From Escherichia phage D2, in sequence record OM475427: a stretch of DNA of 49,197 nucleotides; one strand, written 5' to 3'. Below are positions 31,502 to 39,792 of the stretch, one piece after another (the first letter of the stretch is position 1; each line of letters starts with the position of its first letter). The position numbers and the translations under genes are program-made. The notes beneath the pieces were generated by a model. The model was not told the DNA's origin and did not search any database. It saw nothing but the letters and a program-made list of their open reading frames with translations.

Positions 31502-32182
31502 TCATCGCCATTGCTCCCCAAATACAAAACCAATTTCAGCCAGTGCCTCGTCCATTTTTTCGATGAACTCCGGCACGATCTCGTCAAAACTCGCCATGTA
31601 CTTTTCATCCCGCTCAATCACGACATAATGCAGGCCTTCACGCTTCATACGCGGGTCATAGTTGGCAAAGTACCAGGCATTTTTTCGCGTCACCCACATG
31701 CTGTACTGCACCTGGGCCATGTAAGCTGACTTTATGGCCTCGAAACCACCGAGCCGGAACTTCATGAAATCCCGGGAGGTAAACGGGCATTTCAGTTCAA
31801 GGCCGTTGCCGTCACTGCATAAACCATCGGGAGAGCAGGCGGTACGCATACTTTCGTCGCGATAGATGATCGGGGATTCAGTAACATTCACGCCGGAAGT
31901 GAATTCAAACAGGGTTCTGGCGTCGTTCTCGTACTGTTTTCCCCAGGCCAGTGCTTTAGCGTTAACTTCCGGAGCCACACCGGTGCAAACCTCAGCAAGC
32001 AGGGTGTGGAAGTAGGACATTTTCATGTCAGGCCACTTCTTTCCGGAGCGGGGTTTTGCTATCACGTTGTGAACTTCTGAAGCGGTGATGACGCCGAGCC
32101 GTAATTTGTGCCACGCATCTTCCCCCTGTTCGACAGCTCTCACATCGATCCCGGTACGCTGCAGGATAATGTCCGGTGTCAT
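31502..32182 (-). CDS. exo: Lambda exonuclease (Red-alpha)
   Basis: 226 aa, near-identical to lambda Exo ([65 protein letters not shown]...). Confidence 0.95.
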   Translation of the reverse strand: MTPDIILQRTGIDVRAVEQGEDAWHKLRLGVITASEVHNVIAKPRSGKKWPDMKMSYFHTLLAEVCTGVAPEVNAKALAWGKQYENDARTLFEFTSGVNVTESPIIYRDESMRTACSPDGLCSDGNGLELKCPFTSRDFMKFRLGGFEAIKSAYMAQVQYSMWVTRKNAWYFANYDPRMKREGLHYVVIERDEKYMASFDEIVPEFIEKMDEALAEIGFVFGEQWR

Positions 32183-32964
32183 GCTGCCACCTTCTGCTCT
32201 GCGGCTTTCTGTTTCAGGAATCCAAGAGCTTTTACTGCTTCGGCCTGTGTCAGTTCTGACGATGCACGAATGTCGCGGCGAAATATCTGGGAACAGAGCG
32301 GCAATAAGTCGTCATCCCATGTTTTATCCAGGGCGATCAGCAGAGTGTTAATCTCCTGCATGGTTTCATCGTTAACCGGAGTGATGTCGCGTTCCGGCTG
32401 ACGTTCTGCAGTGTATGCAGTATTTTCGACAATGCGCTCGGCTTCATCCTTGTCATAGATACCAGCAAATCCGAAGGCCAGACGGGCACACTGAATCATG
32501 GCTTTATGACGTAACATCCGTTTGGGATGCGACTGCCACGGCCCCGTGATTTCTCTGCCTTCGCGAGTTTTGAATGGTTCGCGGCGGCATTCATCCATCC
32601 ATTCGGTAACGCAGATCGGATGATTACGGTCCTTGCGGTAAATCCGGCATGTACAGGATTCATTGTCCTGCTCAAAGTCCATGCCATCAAACTGCTGGTT
32701 TTCATTGATGATGCGGGACCAGCCATCAACGCCCACCACCGGAACGATGCCATTCTGCTTATCAGGAAAGGCGTAAATTTCTTTCGTCCACGGATTAAGG
32801 CCGTACTGGTTGGCAACGATCAGTAATGCGATGAACTGCGCATCGCTGGCATCACCTTTAAATGCCGTCTGGCGAAGAGTGGTGATCAGTTCCTGTGGGT
32901 CGACAGAATCCATGCCGACACGTTCAGCCAGCTTCCCAGCCAGCGTTGCGAGTGCAGTACTCAT
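32179..32964 (-). CDS. bet: Recombination protein Bet (Red-beta)
   Basis: 261 aa, lambda Bet ([66 protein letters not shown]...). Confidence 0.95.
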   Translation of the reverse strand: MSTALATLAGKLAERVGMDSVDPQELITTLRQTAFKGDASDAQFIALLIVANQYGLNPWTKEIYAFPDKQNGIVPVVGVDGWSRIINENQQFDGMDFEQDNESCTCRIYRKDRNHPICVTEWMDECRREPFKTREGREITGPWQSHPKRMLRHKAMIQCARLAFGFAGIYDKDEAERIVENTAYTAERQPERDITPVNDETMQEINTLLIALDKTWDDDLLPLCSQIFRRDIRASSELTQAEAVKALGFLKQKAAEQKVAA

Positions 32965-32969
32965 TCGTT

Positions 32970-33386
32970 TTATACCTCTGAATCAATATCAACCTGGTGG
33001 TGAGCAATGGTTTCAACCATGTACCGGATGTGTTCTGCCATGCGCTCCTGAAACTCAACATCGTCATCAAACGCACGGGTAATGGATTTTTTGCTGGCCC
33101 CGTGGCGTTGCAAATGATCGATGCATAGCGATTCAAACAGGTGCTGGGGCAGGCCTTTTTCCATGTCGTCTGCCAGTTCTGCCTCTTTCTCTTCACGGGC
33201 GAGCTGCTGGTAGTGACGCGCCCAGCTCTGAGCCTCAAGACGATCCTGAATGTAATAAGCGTTCATGGCTGAACTCCTGAAATAGCTGTGAAAATATCGC
33301 CCGCGAAATGCCGGGCTGATTAGGAAAACAGGAAAGGGGGTTAGTGAATGCTTTTGCTTGATCTCAGTTTCAGTATTAATATCCAT
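32970..33386 (-). CDS. gam: Gam, RecBCD inhibitor
   Basis: 138 aa, lambda Gam ([76 protein letters not shown]...). Confidence 0.9.
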
Positions 33387-33484
33387 TTTTTATAAGCGTC
33401 GACGGCTTCACGAAACATCTTTTCATCGCCAATAAAAGTGGCGATAGTGAATTTAGTCTGGATAGCCATAAGTGTTTGATCCAT
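33341..33484 (-). CDS. kil: Kil (FtsZ-targeting host-killing protein)
   Basis: 47 aa, [47 protein letters not shown], matching lambda Kil; overlaps the gam start by 46 nt as in lambda. Confidence 0.85.
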
Positions 33485-33549
33485 TCTTTGGGACTCCTGG
33501 CTGATTANNTNTNNNNAANGNGTTTCCATCCGTCACGTAATTTACGCAT
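33451..33549 (-). CDS. cIII: cIII-like protein (N-terminally different from lambda; interrupted by n bases; boundaries approximate)
   Basis: Minus-strand ATG preceded by AGGAG, reading MRKLRDGWK..., matching the lambda cIII core (ITRKLRDGWKRLIDILNQ). An n run (33508-33521) interrupts the reading. Confidence 0.45.
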
Positions 33550-33824
33550 AAAAACTCCTGCCCGTAAGCTGGGCTGCTGAACATATAGAGACTTCTGCGC
33601 GTATTCAGGCGGTGGATGGCCGCCGGTTGTCATAACTAAGCCGCCTCGTTGAAGCGACTGAGGTATGAGGTGTTGAGTTGATTTCAGCTGGTCACACCGA
33701 CGTTCACGCGTCCGCTTCACCCCTCGCACTCCCCGGAGCCTGCTGAAATTCAAGCTGCGGATCTAAGCGGTCATCGCAACGGTGAATCAGGTGATTGCCG
33801 TATCGTTGTGTTGTTGCGACATGG

Positions 33825-33945
33825 TGATAATAGCTATTGTTATTGGCTGTATCAATACTTATTGCTATTGATTGATGTGTTTTGATATTAACTGTTTGAT
33901 AGCAAAAAGAATTAATTTTGTGACTTGTATCGCATAGCGATAACT
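33825..33945. promoter_or_regulatory. Putative leftward early promoter/operator region (OL-like)
   Basis: Contains GCTATTGTTAT (33833-33843) and TTGCTATTGAT (~33862-33872), motifs that recur in the cI-cro intergenic region, plus palindrome TATCGCATAGCGATA (33928-33942). Lies between the cIII-like gene and the cargo cassette. Confidence 0.35.
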
Positions 33946-33990
33946 GAAGGGAGGATGTGGTGGTTTTTCGAACGGTTTGTGTGATGAGGG

Positions 33991-34020
33991 GACAAAAGAA
34001 AACCCGGCACGGTGGCCGGG
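33991..34020 (-). terminator. Rho-independent terminator downstream of the ASCH gene
   Basis: On the minus strand, hairpin CCCGGCCACCGUGCCGGG followed by UUUUCUUUUGU, immediately after the stop of ORF 34025-34402. Confidence 0.5.
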
Positions 34021-34024
34021 ATTC

Positions 34025-34402
34025 TTACGCAGGTAGGTAAAGATATGATTGTGGTGGCTTAATATTACTACCTAGAGCAGAGATAGGAATTGGTTCTTTA
34101 TATCTTTCCACTTCACCAATTTTTATTGCGTAGGCCTTTTCTCTACCTGAATAATATGAGTCATAAAATTGCTTAGAAATACCTGCGTGTTTTTCCGTCT
34201 TTTTCCAAAGAGATTCCGGTTCGTCACTTAGTATTGATTCAATACGGAATTGACCAACAACTTTACCTAATGGCATCGTGGCATAAATAACAACGGTGCT
34301 AATTTGCGGATTTTTGAATATACCTTTACGAAACTCGAACCGCTTTGTTCCGTTCAATATTTTTTCTGCAAACTCAGGCTTAATGGATAATAAAACTTTC
34401 AT
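34025..34402 (-). CDS. ASCH-domain protein (125 aa)
   Basis: N-terminal G-x-K-x-x-E-x-R motif (NGTKRFEFRK) characteristic of ASCH/PUA-like domains; AT-rich; overlaps the upstream gene by 23 nt. Confidence 0.6.
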   Translation of the reverse strand: MKVLLSIKPEFAEKILNGTKRFEFRKGIFKNPQISTVVIYATMPLGKVVGQFRIESILSDEPESLWKKTEKHAGISKQFYDSYYSGREKAYAIKIGEVERYKEPIPISALGSNIKPPQSYLYLPA

Positions 34403-35453
34403 TTATCTTGCCTAACTCGATGATCTTTAAGAACTGCTCATTTGTGAGTTTAAAGTGACTCCATCGGAATGCACGCGAACCATTTAGCCCCACATGATCT
34501 ATTAAAATAGCACGATTGGGTCTCTTTGGCAAAGACAGATTGTATGTGAATCTTATAATGAAAGGGTATCGACGTTCTTTATAGATTTTTCTGAGTTCAT
34601 CTTCAGAAAATACGCTAAAACGAATACAATAGTCTACAAAACTATCTTCGCTTAAAAATTCAGAAATATTTTTTACGCTCTCAACTACACATAATGTACT
34701 GGCTACAGAACGATAGCGAGCTGGCCCTTTTTTGTCTCCGGTTCTATAGATGACAATGATATCTCCTCTTTTCATTCCCATCACAGAACGCATTCCACAT
34801 ATGTAAATTTTATGAATGCTGTTAGCATGGGATATATCTTTGACAATATCTGGTGATTCATTTACAAGTTTTGAATCAGGGAATAGTCTAGTGTGATATT
34901 CGGGATAAATCGCCAGTAAATATTTGTTGGCCCTTGATGTCATTATTCGAGGGTAATCTAATAAAATATCACCATAAGGCTCATGCAAAGACCTCGCATA
35001 TACAAACTCTTTCCCGTTATGTGTTTCTTTTTCACCATGAATGTAAAATCCGTACGTTTGGAAAAGTTTTATTAGATGGACGTGTTTGTCGAAAACAGTA
35101 ACATAAATATCATCAGATTTTGATGAAAATGCATGGTCAAACGCTTTTTTTAGAAATCGTTGTCCGCGAAGGGTGCCTTTAGATTCAAATTTGAATGTTC
35201 CTATCTTTAGATGACGTCCTGGTGGGAGCGCTGGATTAATGTCATTTGCATCATCATTTTCTTTTAGATACATAAAACCTTCGATTTTATGCTTGTCATC
35301 ATAGAGCACATAAGCTGATTCTCCTTCTCTGGCTTTTTTTTCTAACCAAAGAGGAAACTCTTTATAATCTTTTTTTAAAGAGTCAAAAAATGGGTCATTG
35401 TGATCAAAATCAGAGAATTTCTCATATTTTAAAGTATCCATTAAGTTCTCCAT
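34380..35453 (-). CDS. Hypothetical 357-aa protein, possible GNAT-like N-terminal region, unknown C-terminal domain
   Basis: Long AT-rich ORF directly downstream of cI on the same strand. Weak acetyltransferase-like motif (KGTLRGQRFLKKAF..VTVFDKHVHLIKLFQTYGF). C-terminal half has a D..ExK-like pattern (GDIIVIYRTGD..LCVVESVK). No confident family assignment. Confidence 0.45.
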   Translation of the reverse strand: MENLMDTLKYEKFSDFDHNDPFFDSLKKDYKEFPLWLEKKAREGESAYVLYDDKHKIEGFMYLKENDDANDINPALPPGRHLKIGTFKFESKGTLRGQRFLKKAFDHAFSSKSDDIYVTVFDKHVHLIKLFQTYGFYIHGEKETHNGKEFVYARSLHEPYGDILLDYPRIMTSRANKYLLAIYPEYHTRLFPDSKLVNESPDIVKDISHANSIHKIYICGMRSVMGMKRGDIIVIYRTGDKKGPARYRSVASTLCVVESVKNISEFLSEDSFVDYCIRFSVFSEDELRKIYKERRYPFIIRFTYNLSLPKRPNRAILIDHVGLNGSRAFRWSHFKLTNEQFLKIIELGKINESFIIH

Positions 35454-35521
35454 TCTAAAATGAATAATTAAGTTGTTTTACTGAATGAGCACAATGCCCG
35501 GTTGATAATTTTTAATTGGTA

Positions 35522-36214
35522 CTATCCATGCTTCCTATACGTCTGCGGCATGCTCCCAATAACTTTCCCGAAGATAAATACCCGGTTCATCTCATCTTTC
35601 TCGATCGGGTCCCACGGTGAGTAGCTTTTGTTATCAGAGATAACCAGCAGCTTATCCTTCATCATTTGCAGGCGCTTTACATGGGCTGTGTCGTCGTACA
35701 GAAACGCATAGATACCATCACCGTCGAAAGATTTAACCGTGATATCAACGAATAGAAGATCACCAGGTTCAATCGTTCCTGACATGCTGTCACCGCGTAC
35801 GTTAATGATGCGGATATTTTCTGCCTTCCTACCATCGAACATGTGACGAGCATCGTCAAACGAGTACTCAACCGAGCGTAGAACTTCTACAAACTCACGG
35901 TTGATGACTCCCGGCCCGGCACTCACTTCTATATCAAGAACGTCAATCTTGAAGTATTTGGGATGGTTGGCAGTAGGCTTCCCTAATTGTTGACCGTCAT
36001 TTCTCATCGGGCCTATGCCTGATGAGAGCCACTCTGTTCGAACACCCAATGCATTAGCTATTTCAACAATTTTTGTTGAGCCGCGCGCGTTGCCGCTTGT
36101 CAGTCTCCAGATTGTGGGTTGAGCTACGCCAGACGCCTTTGCAAGAGCGCCTTGAGACATTCCAGATTGTTCCATCGCTAGGTTTAAGCGATCAGCAAGA
36201 GTTTCTTTTTTCAT
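35522..36214 (-). CDS. cI: CI-like prophage repressor (HTH plus LexA/S24 peptidase-like domain)
   Basis: N-terminal HTH (MSQGALAKASGVAQPTIWRL) and C-terminal S24-like domain with GDSM (Ser) and VKRL (Lys) motifs. ATG at 36214 preferred; the ORF track extends to a TTG at 36250. Divergently placed against cro. Confidence 0.85.
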   Translation of the reverse strand: MKKETLADRLNLAMEQSGMSQGALAKASGVAQPTIWRLTSGNARGSTKIVEIANALGVRTEWLSSGIGPMRNDGQQLGKPTANHPKYFKIDVLDIEVSAGPGVINREFVEVLRSVEYSFDDARHMFDGRKAENIRIINVRGDSMSGTIEPGDLLFVDITVKSFDGDGIYAFLYDDTAHVKRLQMMKDKLLVISDNKSYSPWDPIEKDEMNRVFIFGKVIGSMPQTYRKHG

Positions 36215-36324
36215 AAGTTTTAATTTATACGCTTGCGTATTGATGGTCAAAACACGTTTTGCTATTGTTATGATTAATACGCATTGCTATTATTTATTCA
36301 TTGTAATACCAATAGGAATTAATA
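36215..36324. promoter_or_regulatory. Putative OR/PRM-PR operator-promoter region between cI and cro
   Basis: Perfect palindrome ATACGCTTGCGTAT (36227-36240), related ATACGCATTGCTAT (36277-36290), and GCTATTGTTAT (36261-36271) / TTGCTATTAT (36284-36293), shared with the OL-like region. Confidence 0.45.
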
Positions 36325-36552
36325 ATGACAAATCAAACCATTCAACTCGCAATCAGTATTACAGGTAGTCAAAAACGACTGGCAGATCTATGCGGTGTAG
36401 CCCAGCCCACTGTTTGGCGTTGGCTACACGGTGGCGGAATTGATGCCCGCTATGTAATGAAAATTGTCTCAGCCACTGGTGGAAAGATTAAACCAGCAGA
36501 TATTCGTCCCGACCTCGCACCATTGTTTAACGCGAGTAATTCTGCCGCCTAA
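36325..36552 (+). CDS. cro: Cro-like HTH regulator (YdaS family)
   Basis: 75 aa, HTH (SQKRLADLCGVAQPTVWRWLHGG), divergent from cI. Confidence 0.7.
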   Translation: MTNQTIQLAISITGSQKRLADLCGVAQPTVWRWLHGGGIDARYVMKIVSATGGKIKPADIRPDLAPLFNASNSAA

Positions 36553-36576
36553 TCTGCGGCGTTAACTGATAAGGCA

Positions 36577-37122
36577 ATGACTATGCAACCACTTACATAC
36601 CAACAGACTAGCGGATTTAGCCCGACTGCGGTGATAAATCGTTCTCAAACAAAACAGGCGCCAGGCCACGAAAAAATCCGTGATGCCGTTCGCGCCTGGT
36701 CGGCTGCAGATAATCAGGATGTTGTTGCCGCACTCATTGTGAATGAGTATCGGGAGCAGGGCGGCGGCACCATCGATTTTCCTGATGATGTCAGCCGTGC
36801 ACGCCAGAAGCTGTTCCGCTTCCTCGATAACAAATTCGATTCTGAAAAATACCGAAATAACGTGCGTGAACTGACCCCGGCAATTCTGGCGGTACTACCG
36901 CTGGAATATCGCGGCCACCTGGTTGAGCAGGATAGCTTCATGGCTCGGCTGGCTGAAATGGAAAAGGAACTCAGTGAGGCAAAACAGGCTGTCATTCTCA
37001 ACGCACCACGCCACCAGAAACTGAAGGAGATGAGTGAAGGCATTGTGTCGATGTTTCGTGTGGACCCGGATCTGGCTGGTCCACTGATGGCGATGGTCAC
37101 CACCATGCTGGGGGCAATATGA
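36577..37122 (+). CDS. YdaT-family protein in the cII position
   Basis: 181 aa; EYREQGGG and LTPAILAVLPLEYRGHL resemble Rac prophage YdaT (EYLRQGGG, LIPAILAILPRELRHRL); located right after cro. Confidence 0.55.
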   Translation: MTMQPLTYQQTSGFSPTAVINRSQTKQAPGHEKIRDAVRAWSAADNQDVVAALIVNEYREQGGGTIDFPDDVSRARQKLFRFLDNKFDSEKYRNNVRELTPAILAVLPLEYRGHLVEQDSFMARLAEMEKELSEAKQAVILNAPRHQKLKEMSEGIVSMFRVDPDLAGPLMAMVTTMLGAI

Positions 37123-37208
37123 CAGGTTCGGAAATGGCGAAAGCCGGTCTGCGCGAACAGAACCGACTTTCAGGTGCAAATCGTAACACACTCATTGCGG
37201 GAGGAATT

Positions 37209-38140
37209 ATGGCAAACACTGCTGAGATATTCAATTTTCCAGTGCCGGATGTGGCACAAAAGGAGCCGCGCGTGGCAGATCTCGATGATGGTTATACGCG
37301 CATTGCAAATGAGTTGCTGGAAGCTGTGATGCTGGCCGGATTAACACAGCACCAGCTTCTGGTCTTCCTGGCTGTCATGCGCAAAACATATGGCTTTAAT
37401 AAAAAACTGGATTGGGTGAGCAACGAGCAACTTTCCGAGTTGACCGGGATATTGATTCTCAACTTAGCGAGATTACAAAGTTACCTGTCAAACGGTGCAA
37501 TGAAGCCAAGTTAGAACTCGTCAGAATGAATATTATCAAGCAGCAAGGCGGCATGTTTGGACCAAATAAAAACATCTCAGAATGGTGCATCCCTCAAAAC
37601 GAGGGAAAATCCCCTAAAACGAGGGATAAAACATCCCTCAAATTGGGGGATTGCTATCCCTCAAAACAGGGGGACACAAAAGACACTATTACAAAAGAAA
37701 AAAGAAAAGATTATTCGTCAGAGAATTCTGGCGAATCCTCTGACCAGCCAGAAAACGACCTTTCTGTGGTGAAACCGGATGCTGCAATTCAGAGCGGCAG
37801 CAAGTGGGGGACAGCAGAAGACCTGACCGCCGCAGAGTGGATGTTTGACATGGTGAAGACTATCGCACCATCAGCCAGAAAACCGAATTTTGCTGGGTGG
37901 GCTAACGATATCCGCCTGATGCGTGAACGTGACGGACGTAACCACCGCGACATGTGTGTGCTGTTCCGCTGGGCATGCCAGGACAACTTCTGGTCCGGTA
38001 ACGTGCTGAGCCCGGCCAAACTCCGCGATAAGTGGACCCAACTCGAAATCAACCGTAACAAGCAACAGGCAGGCGTGACAGCCAGCAAACCAAAACTCGA
38101 CCTGACAAACACAGACTGGATTTACGGGGTGGATCTATGA
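37209..38140 (+). pseudogene. O: Replication initiator O, split by a frameshift at a ~30-bp imperfect tandem duplication
   Basis: N-terminal part (ORF to 37514) is a diverged O N-domain. C-terminal part (ORF 37412-38140) matches lambda O from DSQLSEITKLPVKRCNEAKLELVRMNIIKQQGGMFGPNKNISEWCIPQNEGKSPKTRDK... in a different frame. The junction has two adjacent homologous copies (SNEQLSELTG / DSQLSEITK). Confidence 0.7.
37588..37720 (+). repeat. ori-lambda: four iterons plus AT-rich region inside O
   Basis: ATCCCTCAAAACGAGGGA, AAATCCCCTAAAACGAGGGA, ACATCCCTCAAATTGGGGGA, CTATCCCTCAAAACAGGGGGA, then ACAAAAGAAAAAAGAAAAGATTATTCG, matching the lambda origin. Confidence 0.85.
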
Positions 38141-38838
38141 AAAACATCGCCGCACAGATGGTTAACTTTGACCGTGAGCAGATGCGTCGGATCGCCAACA
38201 ACATGCCGGAACAGTACGACGAAAAGCCGCAGGTACAGCAGGTAGCGCAGATCATCAACGGTGTGTTCAGCCAGTTACTGGCAACTTTCCCGGCGAGCCT
38301 GGCTAACCGTGACCAGAACGAAGTGAACGAAATCCGTCGCCAGTGGGTTCTGGCTTTTCGGGAAAACGGGATCACCACGATGGAACAGGTTAACGCAGGA
38401 ATGCGCGTAGCCCGTCGGCAGAATCGACCATTTCTGCCATCACCCGGGCAGTTTGTTGCATGGTGCCGGGAAGAAGCATCCGTTACCGCCGGACTGCCAA
38501 ACGTCAGCGAGCTGGTTGATATGGTTTACGAGTATTGCCGGAAGCGAGGCCTGTATCCGGATGCGGAGTCTTATCCGTGGAAATCAAACGCGCACTACTG
38601 GCTGGTTACCAACCTGTATCAGAACATGCGGGCCAATGCGCTTACTGATGCGGAATTACGCCGTAAGGCCGCAGATGAGCTTGTCCATATGACTGCGAGA
38701 ATTAACCGTGGTGAGGCGATCCCTGAACCAGTAAAACAACTTCCTGTCATGGGCGGTAGACCTCTAAATCGTGCACAGGCTCTGGCGAAGATCGCAGAAA
38801 TCAAAGCTAAGTTCGGACTGAAAGGAGCAAGTGTATGA
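38137..38838 (+). CDS. P: Replication protein P (DnaB helicase loader)
   Basis: 233 aa, lambda P sequence and length. Confidence 0.95.
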   Translation: MKNIAAQMVNFDREQMRRIANNMPEQYDEKPQVQQVAQIINGVFSQLLATFPASLANRDQNEVNEIRRQWVLAFRENGITTMEQVNAGMRVARRQNRPFLPSPGQFVAWCREEASVTAGLPNVSELVDMVYEYCRKRGLYPDAESYPWKSNAHYWLVTNLYQNMRANALTDAELRRKAADELVHMTARINRGEAIPEPVKQLPVMGGRPLNRAQALAKIAEIKAKFGLKGASV

Positions 38839-39125
38839 CGGGCAAAGAGGCAATTATTCATTACCTGGGGACGCATAATAGCTTCTGTGCGCCGGACGTT
38901 GCCGCGCTAACAGGCGCAACAGTAACCAGCATAAATCAGGCCGCGGCTAAAATGGCACGGGCAGGTCTTCTGGTTATCGAAGGTAAGGTCTGGCGAACGG
39001 TGTATTACCGGTTTGCTACCAGGGAAGAACGGGAAGGAAAGATGAGCACGAACCTGGTTTTTAAGGAGTGTCGCCAGAGTGCCGCGATGAAACGGGTATT
39101 GGCGGTATATGGAGTTAAAAGATGA
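38835..39125 (+). CDS. ren: Ren
   Basis: 96 aa, lambda Ren (MTGKEAIIHYLGTHNSFCAPDVAALTGATVTSINQAAAKMARAGLLVIEGKVWRTVYYRFATREERE...). Confidence 0.9.
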   Translation: MTGKEAIIHYLGTHNSFCAPDVAALTGATVTSINQAAAKMARAGLLVIEGKVWRTVYYRFATREEREGKMSTNLVFKECRQSAAMKRVLAVYGVKR

Positions 39126-39150
39126 CCATCTACATTACTGAGCTAATAAC

Positions 39151-39180
39151 AGGCCTGCTGGTAATCGCAGGCCTTTTTAT
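39151..39180 (+). terminator. tR2-like rho-independent terminator
   Basis: Hairpin AGGCCTGC..GCAGGCCT followed by TTTTTATTT immediately after ren. Confidence 0.5.
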
Positions 39181-39198
39181 TTGGGGGAGAGGGAAGTC

Positions 39199-39537
39199 AT
39201 GAAAAAACTAACCTTTGAAATTCGATCTCCAGCACATCAGCAAAACGCTATTCACGCAGTACAGCAAATCCTTCCAGACCCAACCAAACCATTATGGCCA
39301 TCTGTTGGTACAATTATTTGTTATTGTGCATCATTCTGGTTATTAGCTCAGACGCTGGCTTATATACCTACAGGGATTGCTTATGCTATCTGGTCAGGAG
39401 TCGGTATTGTCCTGATTAGCTTACTATCATGGGGATTTTTCGGCCAACGGTTGGACCTGCCAGCCATTATAGGCATGATGTTGATTTGTGCCGGTGTGTT
39501 GGTTATTAATTTATTGTCACGAAGCACACCACATTAA
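39199..39537 (+). pseudogene. In-frame fusion of ninB 5' end (32 codons) to emrE 3' end (about 80 codons)
   Basis: MKKLTFEIRSPAHQQNAIHAVQQILPDPTKP (lambda NinB N-terminus) joined to WPSVGTIICYCASFWLLAQTLAYIPTGIAYAIWSGVGIVLISLLSWGFFGQRLDLPAIIGMMLICAGVLVINLLSRSTPH (EmrE from about residue 31); lacks EmrE TM1. Confidence 0.7.
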
Positions 39538-39792
39538 AAATAATTTATTTTTAAACGACTAAAATATGGAGGTTCGTATATTTGTATGGGCCTCGTTTTA
39601 TGCTTTTTGTTAATGTCTTTAGTTTTTATTCATTCTTTTGATCTTTCAAGACCATGGTGTAAGAAAATTGCAATACGATTATTGTTGTATATTCAAGATA
39701 ATGTGACCTTAATTGTCTTTTTAAATAAAAATTAAACAAAAATCATATCTCACCACTAAGGTTTATAAAAGCATACTTTAGCAGGTGTCACC

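Noticed and set aside
31323-31511. 62-aa minus-strand ORF overlapping orf63 and the exo 3' end
   Set aside because: Overlaps two better-supported genes on the same strand in different frames and has no recognisable homology; left unannotated.
33754-34024. Search for an N antiterminator gene between cIII and the cargo cassette
   Set aside because: Only very short minus-strand ORFs are present (for example an 11-codon MSQQHNDTAIT); nothing resembles lambda N in length or arginine-rich motif, so no N gene is called.
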